Positions 1 through 9,483 of a DNA stretch of 64,000 nt are shown here, one piece after another. The position numbers and the translations under genes are program-made. The notes beneath the pieces were generated by a model. It did no database searches, was not told the origin of the DNA, and saw only the letters and a list, made by a program, of their open reading frames with translations. Position 1 is the first letter of the stretch; every line of letters begins with the position of its first letter. Origin of the DNA: an uncultured Actinomycetes bacterium (lineage in GTDB: Bacteria > Actinomycetota > Thermoleophilia > RBG-16-64-13); assembly GCA_963841735.1 (NCBI GenBank), contig CAWJDT010000001.1, positions 1,280,001 to 1,344,000 on the forward strand, given 5' to 3'.

Positions 1-2
1 TC

Positions 3-1013
3 GGTAGAGTGCAGGTGCAGGTCACAGCCGCCGGGGGCGCAAGCGTCAACACCGCCGCCGACGACTACCTCTACAGCGTCGCCTACACCTCCATCCGCGG
101 CGACCACCGCTATCACACGGCCCAGCTCATCAGCCAGACCCTGTTCCCGCAGGCGCTACCGGCCGGCTCCGGTCTGGTGATCGCCCCGGGTGAGACCTTC
201 GCGGAGGCCCTGTGCGGCGCGCCCCTGGCCGCGGCCTGGGGAGGCCCGGTGCTGCTGACACCATCGACTGGTCTGGAGAACGGCACCAAGGCGGAGTTGC
301 AGCGCCTGGCCCCGGCCCAGATCTTTTGTATCGGTCTGTCCCCGGTGGCGGTCGCGGCCGTCCAAGCTGCTCTTCCCACCGCTACCGTGACCGTCCTCAA
401 TGGCGCCGCCGGTAACGTCTACGACATGAGCTACCAGGTGGCCAAGGCGCTGGCGGCCAAAGTGGGCACCGCCGGCAAGATGACGGAGGCTACCGCCATC
501 ATCACCGTGGGCAACAAGTTCCCCGACGCCATCGGGGTATCGCCCCTGGCTTGTGCCAAGCTGTGGCCCGTGCTGTTGACTGACGGGCCTACCACGGCCG
601 ATCCCGATCCAGACCTTAACCCCAAGGTCACCCAGTCGCTTGCGGAGCTGGGCATCACTTGGACCATCAAGGTGGGCACCTATGCCGGCACACCGGCCAA
701 CATCAACTACTACAACCTCTCCGGAGCCGATCGCTACTTCACCAACGCCAACGTGGCCAATTGGGCCCAGGCCTATGCCGGTCTTACCTTCACCCACACC
801 GCCTTCGCCACCGGGGACAAGTTCCCCGATGCCCTGGCCTCCGGACCGTACTTGGCCAAAGACGGTGGCCTCCTGTTGCTCTCGCCGCTCAACGGTTCGG
901 TGCCCACGCCTATCGGCGCCGTGCTGTCCGCCAACAAGGCCGCAGTGCAGCACCTCACCTACATCGCCTGCATCGAGCCGGTGATAGGGCAGGTGAAGGC
1001 GCTGCTACGGTAG
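3..1013 (+). CDS. Cell wall-binding repeat 2 (CWB2) surface protein, C-terminal part (probably 5' truncated by the window)
   Basis: Three CWB2-type repeats: GDHRYHTA...GETFAEALCGAPLA, GNKFPDAIGVSPLA, GADRYFTN...GDKFPDALASGP; frame open to the window edge. Confidence 0.85.
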   Translation, partial: GRVQVQVTAAGGASVNTAADDYLYSVAYTSIRGDHRYHTAQLISQTLFPQALPAGSGLVIAPGETFAEALCGAPLAAAWGGPVLLTPSTGLENGTKAELQRLAPAQIFCIGLSPVAVAAVQAALPTATVTVLNGAAGNVYDMSYQVAKALAAKVGTAGKMTEATAIITVGNKFPDAIGVSPLACAKLWPVLLTDGPTTADPDPDLNPKVTQSLAELGITWTIKVGTYAGTPANINYYNLSGADRYFTNANVANWAQAYAGLTFTHTAFATGDKFPDALASGPYLAKDGGLLLLSPLNGSVPTPIGAVLSANKAAVQHLTYIACIEPVIGQVKALLR

Positions 1014-1075
1014 GCCGGCCCCAAGGTAGGCCGGCCTGAGGAAAGTCGTCCAGGTCACCTGCTACAACCTGGCCG

Positions 1076-2242
1076 TCAGAAGCACCTGGGTGCCGGGGAG
1101 ACTCCAGGGCGCCCGGGGTAGCTCTGCGCGATCGCTAGAACCTTGGGAGCGTCCAGCGCAAGAAGACGCCCAGCGTCGTAGACCAGTGTGTCGCCCACCC
1201 TCAGCGTGGGATTCCTGATGTCGGACGTTACGTGTAGATAGTAGGGATACGCCGGGGTGGGCTTCGCATCACCTATGTGGAAATGCAGATTGCGGCAGTG
1301 TGAATGATCGATGAGACGCCGCACAAGCACGTTGGGGCATTGGTGGGGGGCCACGCTCGCCTGGGGATGCACACCGAAATGGAAGACCTGGAACTTGTAC
1401 ACGTCCTGGCCTTGACGCTCAGCCATGGAAGCCAGGAAGCGACGGAGAGCGTCGGCCTCGTAGCCCCCCTTGATGTCGGCAATGCGGCCGTCATCGATGG
1501 TGAGTTCGATCGGTCGGTCGAAATAGGGCGATATGCCGATGTAGCGCGACCACCAACTGAGCATGCTTTCGAATACGTAGACTCCCGTGCTTCCCAACAC
1601 CTGTACGGGGGTGTGAACCCACTCCGGCCAGGGATACATGTTGTCGTGGGGCCCCCGGCGCGTGGAGTAGGGGTCGCCTCCGGGTATCCCACCGGTCTTG
1701 GTTGGTTCCTGGACGGTCCCCTCCAAGTGGGTGCCGTTGGGGTCGGTCAAAGCGAAGTTCTTGCCTGGCTGAAACGCCAGGGATGCTTGGTAGCGTATCT
1801 CGCTCACCAGTTCGTGGGGAGTTTGGGCCCAGGGGGTGCACAGTAACGCGGCGGTAGTGGCGAAGTTGCGCACCATCTTGAAGTTGTTCTCGGCGAAATA
1901 GGCTCGAAAATCCGGCAGCTCGGTGGTGGGCAGGTCGAAGAAGGCGTTGCTGATGAATACGTCACAGCCCGCCATGGCCGCCAGGGCCACCTTTGGTATC
2001 CGCCAGGCATGGGGCTGCTGTCTTGCATCCAGCCACAGAACCGAGGCGGTCGCGCCTCTAGACTGCACAGCGCTCTGGATCCAAGAGATCGCTTCTTGAT
2101 CCACCATGCTGTCCCCACCGTATAGGCCGTTGACGTCGGCCGCGATGAGGACTTCCTGGCCGGCCTGCAATTGCACGCAATCGTCAAGCATGTCGCCGAT
2201 GGCGACAAGAGCTCCCGTCGGGATTCCCGCTTGCCTAGTCAT
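1076..2242 (-). CDS. M29/leucyl-aminopeptidase-like metalloprotein (NicX-like fold)
   Basis: Start MTRQAG after AGGAG; TDPNGTHLEG, PIELTIDDGRIADIKGG, HFGVHP and HFHIG motifs. Confidence 0.6.
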   Translation of the reverse strand: MTRQAGIPTGALVAIGDMLDDCVQLQAGQEVLIAADVNGLYGGDSMVDQEAISWIQSAVQSRGATASVLWLDARQQPHAWRIPKVALAAMAGCDVFISNAFFDLPTTELPDFRAYFAENNFKMVRNFATTAALLCTPWAQTPHELVSEIRYQASLAFQPGKNFALTDPNGTHLEGTVQEPTKTGGIPGGDPYSTRRGPHDNMYPWPEWVHTPVQVLGSTGVYVFESMLSWWSRYIGISPYFDRPIELTIDDGRIADIKGGYEADALRRFLASMAERQGQDVYKFQVFHFGVHPQASVAPHQCPNVLVRRLIDHSHCRNLHFHIGDAKPTPAYPYYLHVTSDIRNPTLRVGDTLVYDAGRLLALDAPKVLAIAQSYPGRPGVSPAPRCF

Positions 2243-2273
2243 GTGATCTGCTCCTGTCCCGTTGGCGTCCGTC

Positions 2274-2963
2274 CTACTTTCGCAGGCTGACGAGCCAATC
2301 CCTAATCTGTTCGTCGGTACGGTACTTGCCCTGCTCGAAGCGCTCATGGTGGGTCATGGCCTGACGGTCTCTGACAAGCCGCGGCTTTGGCTCCATGGCG
2401 GGGTGGCCTAGACCCAGCATGTCGTAGATGCAGTAACCGTCGGGGATACCGAGAAGGTCTCTGATCATCGCCGACGGGTAGGCAGACCCCACCAGGCTGG
2501 CCCAGTGAGAACCGAGTCCGAGGCTGGTCGCGGCCAGCGTCATCTGAAGCAATGCGCTCGCCAGCGCCGAGATGAGATTCATCTCTTGTCGCTCAACGTA
2601 GGTGAGCAGGGGGAAAGATCTGCTGACGCGTGGGTCGCCGATCACGAGAATGAGCACCGGACTCTTCTTGAAGACCGCATCGGAGACCGGACGGGCGGCG
2701 GAGGCCCAGCGCAACTCCTCCGGCCTCGTCAGCTCGGCCTGATGGGCCAACTCCTGCTGCTCACGAGCCCATACCGCCATCTGATCTTTGGTGGTCTGGT
2801 CGCGGATGACGATGAACTCCCAGGGTTGCGAGTTGGCTCCCGACGGCGCCCAGCGGGCCACCTCGATGACCTTCTCGACCGCTTCATCGGACACCGGCTC
2901 GTCCGTGAACGCTCGGATACTGCGACGGCTCTTGACCAACTCCAGTAGACTGTCGTAGTCCAT
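2274..2963 (-). CDS. Nitroreductase family protein
   Basis: MDYDSLLELVKSRRSIRAF, ARWAPSGANSQPWEF, LAATSLGLGSHW; start reassigned to ATG at 2963. Confidence 0.92.
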   Translation of the reverse strand: MDYDSLLELVKSRRSIRAFTDEPVSDEAVEKVIEVARWAPSGANSQPWEFIVIRDQTTKDQMAVWAREQQELAHQAELTRPEELRWASAARPVSDAVFKKSPVLILVIGDPRVSRSFPLLTYVERQEMNLISALASALLQMTLAATSLGLGSHWASLVGSAYPSAMIRDLLGIPDGYCIYDMLGLGHPAMEPKPRLVRDRQAMTHHERFEQGKYRTDEQIRDWLVSLRK

Positions 2964-3132
2964 TCGTCTTCCCTTCCTCTCTGGACGGGCGACCAAGCCC
3001 ATCGTGATCACCGATGTGTCTTCGGATTGTAGCGGCCGGTCGGGTTGGGGACACATACTCTTGGGGAACAATGGGCCCGAGGTTGGGGTCAGACCACAGA
3101 GTGGTCCAGAATACTGATAAGGATAGAATGCA

Positions 3133-3816
3133 TTGACGCGTCCACGTCTCGCAGCGATAGTTTCCGCGATAGCGGCTTCCACGGTAGTCTTCGTGGTTGT
3201 CAGCCGTTGGCGGCTGGCGGGGACGGTTACGGGCGCCGTGCTCGTTCCCATGATCTACACGCTCGTCTCCCACTGGTCATCCCAGAGCCTCGACCACGCG
3301 GCCAAATGGCTGCGGTGCCGCGTGTTCAGAGGCAGCCCTCGGGATGATTCGTGTCCGCTCCTCTCTGAGGCTCTCCCATCCGCTGGGTCGGGGGACACGC
3401 CTCAGCTTTTGGGCGCAGGTGCTGTCGTCGGGGGTGAGCTTCCACGCAGAGAGACTAAGTGGACGCAGTGGCTTTTGGTAGGCCTCACGTCTGTCGCGGT
3501 GGCAGTGAGCATCTACGCGCTTACTTCGCAAAGTCCCGCTGAGCGGGTCATCGTCCGCGAGAGGGTGGTTGAGAAGACCATCACCGTGACGACGTTCGTG
3601 CAGATACCCGGCAAGTCCAGTGCGAACAACTCGTCCCCAACTACTTTGGCGGCCGCGGAGGACGGGACGACCTCGACGACAGTCGCGGAGTTGGGGGCGG
3701 AACCGACTTCGTCGACGACGGTTGGGCAGGCTACGACAACGACGTCTCTTTCCGACGCGCCCGCAACTACTACGCCATCGACGGCGCCAACGAGCGCCGC
3801 GCCACCGTCGTTGTAG
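3133..3816 (+). CDS. Hypothetical membrane protein with Thr/Ser-rich C-terminal tail
   Basis: Three hydrophobic segments and a low-complexity TTT/ST tail. Confidence 0.6.
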   Translation: MTRPRLAAIVSAIAASTVVFVVVSRWRLAGTVTGAVLVPMIYTLVSHWSSQSLDHAAKWLRCRVFRGSPRDDSCPLLSEALPSAGSGDTPQLLGAGAVVGGELPRRETKWTQWLLVGLTSVAVAVSIYALTSQSPAERVIVRERVVEKTITVTTFVQIPGKSSANNSSPTTLAAAEDGTTSTTVAELGAEPTSSTTVGQATTTTSLSDAPATTTPSTAPTSAAPPSL

Positions 3817-3977
3817 GTCCCGGTCGGGCAGACGGAGGCTCAGACCATGGTGGCCGACGTGTTGCTGGCGGCGCCTGGGCGCCAGGATTGATTCCCTACT
3901 GTAATATGAGGCCATAGTAGGATGATCATCCCGCCACCCCGAGACCATCGGTGGACTCGTGAGGAACGGAGCCCGCA

Positions 3978-4658
3978 TTGGGATCAAGTGAGCTGACGAA
4001 GAGCAAGATCCTCCTAGTGGACGACCACCCGCTGGTCAGGAGGGCGTTGAGGGACATCCTGGAACGGGAGCCGGACCTTGAGGTGGTCGGCGAGGCGGGC
4101 GACGGCCAGGAGGCGATCGACTTGGTCGAGCGCTTCAGCCCGGATGTTGTGATCATGGACATCAGCATGCCGGTTATGAACGGGGTGGAGGCTACCAAGC
4201 GGATCAAAGCCTCCAGCTCCCTCACATCAGTGCTGATACTCACCGTCCACACCGACATCGAGACGATCTTCAGCATTCTCCAAGCGGGGGCGGGCGGCTA
4301 TCTCATCAAGTCGGTGTTCGGTCCGGAGGTCGTCCATACTATCCGCGCCCTACTGGACGGCGACATGGTATTGGCGCCCAGCGTCTCGCAAGAGGTTCTA
4401 AAGTACGCGTTCCGGCATGTGAAAAATCCCGCCAAGGTGGAATCTCAGGACAAGCTCTCAGCCAAGGGAATGGAGATTCTCTCTTCGGCGGCCAAAGGCA
4501 TGTCCAACAAGGAGATCGGTGCCAGGCTGGGGATAAGCGAGGCCACCGTCAAGAGCTACTTCGTTGATATCTTCCAGAAACTCAACGTCCGTTCTCGGAC
4601 CGAGGCCATCTTCGTCAGTCTGAAATCAGGCATTCTTACCTTGGACGACATAGTCTGA
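3978..4658 (+). CDS. NarL/LuxR-family response regulator
   Basis: ILLVDDHPLVR, PDVVIMDISMP, GMSNKEIGARLGISEATVK. Confidence 0.95.
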   Translation: MGSSELTKSKILLVDDHPLVRRALRDILEREPDLEVVGEAGDGQEAIDLVERFSPDVVIMDISMPVMNGVEATKRIKASSSLTSVLILTVHTDIETIFSILQAGAGGYLIKSVFGPEVVHTIRALLDGDMVLAPSVSQEVLKYAFRHVKNPAKVESQDKLSAKGMEILSSAAKGMSNKEIGARLGISEATVKSYFVDIFQKLNVRSRTEAIFVSLKSGILTLDDIV

Positions 4659-5768
4659 AGCCGCGCACGGGATGGTCGCCCGGAGCCTCGTGCCCCGCCC
4701 AAGGTGGGAGTCGAGGTGCATCGTGCCCCCGACGGAGAGTATCCTTTGTTCCATGCCGATGATGCCTAGGCTGCCTTGCGCCACGTAGAGGACCAATCTC
4801 TCGGGCAGATGGAACCCGATGCCGTCGTCCTGCACCTCCAGCGTCAGTCGGTCGTCCTCGAAGTTCAAGAGGACGTCGCCGTGCTTGGCCTGCGAGTGCC
4901 GCTGGATGTTGTGAAGGGCCTCCTGTACGACGCGGAAGATCGTTACCTCCACTAGGCTTGACATCTTCCGCTCCTCGCCCACCACCCGAGTGTCGATGCA
5001 GCAACTGCCTTGAGTGTTGCTATGGTTGACCAACCAGCGGATGCCCGAGACAAGCCCAAAATTGTCCAGGATGCTTGGCCTCAAGTTCATGCTCAGTCTC
5101 CTGAGGTCGTCCATGCTCTGAAGGACCTTCTGCTTGACCCAGAGGTTGCCCGCGCTCTGCTCGTCATCGGTGCACGATGACGCTAGAGAATCGCACTTGC
5201 TGGCGATGACCATGAGCGTCTGAAGGGTTTCGTCATGGATCTCCAGAGCGATCCGCCGTCGCTCCGCCTCCTGAGTCTCGACCAGTTTGGCGACGAACGC
5301 CTGGCCCTCTCGCTGGCGCTCGGCAAAGTTCCGCTTCTCGCCCTCGCGCCAGCGTCTCTCTCCTTGCGCGACCGCCACCACCAATACCGGTAACAACAGC
5401 AGCATCAGGTTGTTGAACTCCCACCTGCCTCCCCACGCCATGTGCATGGGAAGCAGCCAGATGAGTGATAGCAGCCAGGCAAAAAGTCCTCCCGGCCACC
5501 CCAATGTGAGCGATCCATAGATGATCGGGACGAAGAACAGTACGCCAAGCACATGGAATCTGAGCTCCACATCCACAACGATGAAGTCCATGTTCGCCAG
5601 CCAGGGGAAGAAACTCCAGAATCCTTGGGTGAACTGCCAGTGCCTCCAGGGCCACGCCTCGTAAATCACCAAGAGTAGCGCCGACAGCACCAGCACAACC
5701 CAGAAGTGAGGGTTCGTCAAAATCCTGTGGGCGGTAGACCTAAGTTTGGCAGAACGAGTTTCGGTCAT
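4626..5768 (-). CDS. Membrane sensor histidine kinase (HisKA_3)
   Basis: N-terminal TM helices; ERRRIALEIHDETLQ H-box; VQEALHNIQRHS; QDDGIGF. Confidence 0.95.
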   Translation of the reverse strand: MTETRSAKLRSTAHRILTNPHFWVVLVLSALLLVIYEAWPWRHWQFTQGFWSFFPWLANMDFIVVDVELRFHVLGVLFFVPIIYGSLTLGWPGGLFAWLLSLIWLLPMHMAWGGRWEFNNLMLLLLPVLVVAVAQGERRWREGEKRNFAERQREGQAFVAKLVETQEAERRRIALEIHDETLQTLMVIASKCDSLASSCTDDEQSAGNLWVKQKVLQSMDDLRRLSMNLRPSILDNFGLVSGIRWLVNHSNTQGSCCIDTRVVGEERKMSSLVEVTIFRVVQEALHNIQRHSQAKHGDVLLNFEDDRLTLEVQDDGIGFHLPERLVLYVAQGSLGIIGMEQRILSVGGTMHLDSHLGRGTRLRATIPCAASDYVVQGKNA

Positions 5769-6255
5769 GGTGGGCCGATTGTCTCAGTACCAACTACTTT
5801 CTGCCACCGTTCCAATCTCGCTTCGCTCACTTGGTGGGAGGGTTTCACCAAAGTTGCCCAACCAAAGTAATTGAATGCCCCCAGTGGCTCAGGTACACAG
5901 TACGAACACAACGTCGATAGCGACAGCGTCACATCGCATCGTTGAACGAGCCATTCAGAAGGAGCTGCTTGTTGGTGAAGTACAAGTTTGCCTACCGCGC
6001 GGACAACGTTTCCCTCGATTTAGTGGGCAATTGCTTCGCCGATTGTGATCTCCAGTTGGTCCATGGGGCTATCGCCGGTATGAAGGGAATCCTGGATACC
6101 GGAGACAGACGTTGTCCGGAAGGCGGATCGGACCGCGCGAAGCAGCTGGTTTACGAGATGAAGACGAAGGAGGTAGAGAGACTAAGGAGTCGTGGGGAGG
6201 AATCGTACGCATACGTGCGGGATGAAAAGGCCAAGCTACAGGAGGGAGTTGCATA

Positions 6256-7425
6256 ATGAGGGGCAAGTTAGCTGTTGGATTGTTAGCTCTCGTGTTAGTT
6301 CTGAGTGTTGTTGCGGTGGGGTGCGGGTCGGATACGACCGAAACCACAACTGCTCCAGTGACCACCGTGGGTGGGACGACGGATACCACAGTTGCCGAGG
6401 CCACGACCACGACCGAAGCCGGTCCGGTCATCGAGCTGCGCTTGGCCAACTACTTTGGCACCGACACGTTGCAGGGCCAGCTGCTGCAGCAGTTCTGCGA
6501 TGACATCAACACGCGCACCAACGGACAGGTCAAGATGACCTACTATCCCGGCGGCCAGCTGTTTGACGGTCCCGGCACGCTCGATGGCATCAAGAACAAA
6601 GTTGCCGACATCGGGTACATGACCACGGGGCACTTCTCCGGCGTGTTCCCCGTTTCTGAATCCATTACCTCTCTGAACGGCTATCCCAGCGCCTACGTGG
6701 TCTCTCACGTGGCCGAGGACTTCTACAACGAGTTCCAGCCCGAAGAGTGGAACGACTATCACGTGCTGTTCGTCGACGGCCACAGCCCGATGATGCTCTT
6801 CTCGATGAAGCCGATCCGCACTCTGGCGGACTTTGCCGGCACCAAGTGCCGCGTCAAGGGTCTCCAGGCTGAACAGGCCAAGCTGCTGGGTTCCTCTACC
6901 ATAGATATCCCGGCCGGTGACCAGTTCGACGCGCTCCAGAAGGGCGTCATCGACAACTCGGCTATCTCGATGGAAGCTGCCAAGACCTGGAGTCTGGCGG
7001 ATATCGCCCCCTACCTGACCCTCACCTGGCAGGTGTTCTCGCCGCCGCAATACTACCTAGTTATGAACAAGACCAGCTGGGACAGCCTTCCCGACAATGT
7101 CAAGACGGTCTTCGACGAGGTGTCGGCTGAATACGTAGAGAAAGCCGCCTTGATGTGCAACCAGGTGGACCTCGACGGTGCTGCCTACGCAGAGGAAAAG
7201 GGCATGGAGTTCATCGACCTGGCGCCCGAAGAAGCCCAGAAGTGGGTGGACGCGGTTGCACCGGTGAGCGAGGCCTACGTTCAGAAGATGATCACAGCCG
7301 GATTCCCGGAAGCAGAAGTCCGTGGTTGGATCACCTACATCCAGGACAGGACCGCTTTCTGGCTTGCCGAGCAGGCGAAAGCCGGTATCAAGTCCCCCAT
7401 GGGGCCCGCAGAGATCAAGCAGTAG
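6256..7425 (+). CDS. dctP: TRAP transporter substrate-binding lipoprotein
   Basis: Lipobox VAVGC, Thr-rich linker, RTNGQVKMTYYPGGQL, DALQKGVID; followed by small and large permeases. Confidence 0.92.
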   Translation: MRGKLAVGLLALVLVLSVVAVGCGSDTTETTTAPVTTVGGTTDTTVAEATTTTEAGPVIELRLANYFGTDTLQGQLLQQFCDDINTRTNGQVKMTYYPGGQLFDGPGTLDGIKNKVADIGYMTTGHFSGVFPVSESITSLNGYPSAYVVSHVAEDFYNEFQPEEWNDYHVLFVDGHSPMMLFSMKPIRTLADFAGTKCRVKGLQAEQAKLLGSSTIDIPAGDQFDALQKGVIDNSAISMEAAKTWSLADIAPYLTLTWQVFSPPQYYLVMNKTSWDSLPDNVKTVFDEVSAEYVEKAALMCNQVDLDGAAYAEEKGMEFIDLAPEEAQKWVDAVAPVSEAYVQKMITAGFPEAEVRGWITYIQDRTAFWLAEQAKAGIKSPMGPAEIKQ

Positions 7426-7551
7426 TAATCAAGAAGGCGTTCTTCTCCTGCTGAAGAGCTAGGGAAGAACTACCACCTTGTCGTCACCGCACACCCTACG
7501 TCGTCACCAACGGCGTAGGGTGTGCGTGACCGAGGGGAAGGCGAATCGTAC

Positions 7552-8085
7552 ATGACACAAAAAGGCGAGCGGCTTGTTGGAAGAATAAGCGACGCTGCAG
7601 TGAATGCGGCGACCCTGTTCATGCTGGTCATATTTGTGATCCAAGTCATCGACATCATAGGGTCAAAGCTGTTCAACAAACCGTTGAACGGGGTTGTTGA
7701 GTTGACGGGGTATTTCGTCGCCGTACTAGTGCCGGCCGCCGCGGCGAAAGTGTTTCTCACCCATCAGCACGTCCGTATCGAAATGGTCACGCAGAAGTTG
7801 CCGGCCCGCGTGAACAACGCGATAGACAGGGTGGTCAATCTTGTTCTGGGCGGTCTACTAAGCGTGTTGACCTGGAAGACCGTGGCGTTTGGAATAAGCA
7901 AACAGCAAAGCGGCCAATACAGCGACACGCTGCATTTTCCGTTCTACCTCGTGATCTATTTTGAAGCGGCAGCTCTTGCAGTCTTCTCTTTGGTTCTGCT
8001 GTATTCCTGCGTGGTGCTACCCAAGGTCGAGGACCACGAGAAGGAAGAGAAGACTGAGGAGGTGGCTTCCGATGGCCCCGTTTGA
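7552..8085 (+). CDS. dctQ: TRAP transporter small permease
   Basis: Four TM segments, HVRIEMV motif, position between dctP and dctM. Confidence 0.88.
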   Translation: MTQKGERLVGRISDAAVNAATLFMLVIFVIQVIDIIGSKLFNKPLNGVVELTGYFVAVLVPAAAAKVFLTHQHVRIEMVTQKLPARVNNAIDRVVNLVLGGLLSVLTWKTVAFGISKQQSGQYSDTLHFPFYLVIYFEAAALAVFSLVLLYSCVVLPKVEDHEKEEKTEEVASDGPV

Positions 8086-9373
8086 AATAGGCATCCTGTG
8101 CATTGGAATACTGCTTCTATTGATATGCCTGAGGGTCCCGGTAGCCTTTGCTTCTATGCTGGCGGGTCTCGTGGGCTCGGCCTGGCTGCTTTCGCCGGAC
8201 TCGGCCCTGAATTATGTGGTGTCCGACATCTACTCCCAGTTCAACACGTACACTTTCAGTGCCGTGCCGATGTTCATTCTGATGGGCTACTTTGCAGCCA
8301 GTTCTGGCATAACGGATAAGCTGTTTGATGTGGCCTACAAGTGGATGGGTAGGCTGCCCGGTGGTCTGGCCATCGCCGCCATCGCGGCGTGCGCCGCCTT
8401 CGCCGCTGTGAGCAGCTCCGGACCGGCCACCGCTGCGACGATAGGCAAGATCGCCTACCCGCAGATGAAGAGGTTCGGCTACGACAGCGGTCTGGCGACG
8501 GGCGCTATCGCCGCGGGCGGAACCTTGGGACCGGTCATCCCGCCCAGCGGCGCGATGGTCGTCTACGCGATTCTTACAGGGCAATCAATCATCGACTGCC
8601 TAATAGCCGGGTTGATACCCGGGTTCATCATCGCGTTCCTCATGATCGCGACCACCTACTATCGGTGCAAAAGGAATCCTGCGCTGGGCCCGCCCGGACC
8701 CAGGGTCACCATGAAGGAGAAGGTCAAGGTCCTGCCTGGAGTGCTCGAGACCCTGGTCCTGTTCGGATTTGTCATCGGTGGGATGTACGCAGGGTGGTTC
8801 ACCCCGACCCAGGCGGGTGCGGCCGGCGCCTTCGGTGCCTTGCTGATCACGGCCATAGAACGCAAGTTCAAACCAAGAATGGTCTGGGATTCGGCGAAAG
8901 AGGCGGGGCGGTTGGCCTGCATGGTTCTGTTCCTGATCGCCGGTTCGGTGATATTCGGACATCTGCTGAGTTTGTCCACCTTTACCAGTACGGCTGTCGA
9001 TGCCATACAGGGTCTGCCGCTACCGAGTGTCATGATCATCATCCTTATATGTATCTTCTACATCATAGGTGGATGTTTCATCGACTCACTCGGCTTGTTG
9101 GTGTTAACGGTGCCTATCATTGCTCCGATAGTGCACGGGCTTGGTTACGACCTGGTTTGGTGGGGCGTAGTCATGTGCGTGCTGGGAGAGCTTGGCGCCA
9201 TAACTCCGCCACTGGGTGTCAATGTGTTCGTCATAAGATTCATCGCCAAGGATGTGCCGCTGAGTACGGCTTTTAGAGGCATCTGGCCGTATTTCGTGGC
9301 GATCTGTGTCGGCATGGGTTTGGTGATAGCGTTTCCGCAACTCGCTACTTGGTTGCCAAGCCTCTCGCATTGA
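8072..9373 (+). CDS. dctM: TRAP transporter large permease
   Basis: AVPMFILMG, GGTLGPVIPPS, GWFTPTQAG, ITPPLGVNVF; ATG 8072 after GGAGG. Confidence 0.95.
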   Translation: MAPFEIGILCIGILLLLICLRVPVAFASMLAGLVGSAWLLSPDSALNYVVSDIYSQFNTYTFSAVPMFILMGYFAASSGITDKLFDVAYKWMGRLPGGLAIAAIAACAAFAAVSSSGPATAATIGKIAYPQMKRFGYDSGLATGAIAAGGTLGPVIPPSGAMVVYAILTGQSIIDCLIAGLIPGFIIAFLMIATTYYRCKRNPALGPPGPRVTMKEKVKVLPGVLETLVLFGFVIGGMYAGWFTPTQAGAAGAFGALLITAIERKFKPRMVWDSAKEAGRLACMVLFLIAGSVIFGHLLSLSTFTSTAVDAIQGLPLPSVMIIILICIFYIIGGCFIDSLGLLVLTVPIIAPIVHGLGYDLVWWGVVMCVLGELGAITPPLGVNVFVIRFIAKDVPLSTAFRGIWPYFVAICVGMGLVIAFPQLATWLPSLSH

Positions 9374-9384
9374 AGATGCTTTCG

Positions 9385-9449
9385 ACCGGGTCTGGTCGCC
9401 GGGTTTCTTGCCGGTCGCGATGCGACCGGCCCCGGCGGCCGGACCCGGT
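9385..9449. terminator. Long GC-rich inverted repeat after dctM
   Basis: ACCGGGTC-TGGTCGCCGGG...GCCGGTCGC-GAT-GCGACCGGC-CCCGGCGGCCG-GACCCGGT; no U-tract. Confidence 0.45.
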
Positions 9450-9483
9450 CTCTCGTTACACTACCGCGTAAGGCGAGGGGTCG

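Noticed and set aside
5942-6256. 104-aa ORF upstream of dctP
   Set aside because: No recognisable motif or clear RBS; more likely leader/promoter DNA, though a small protein cannot be excluded.
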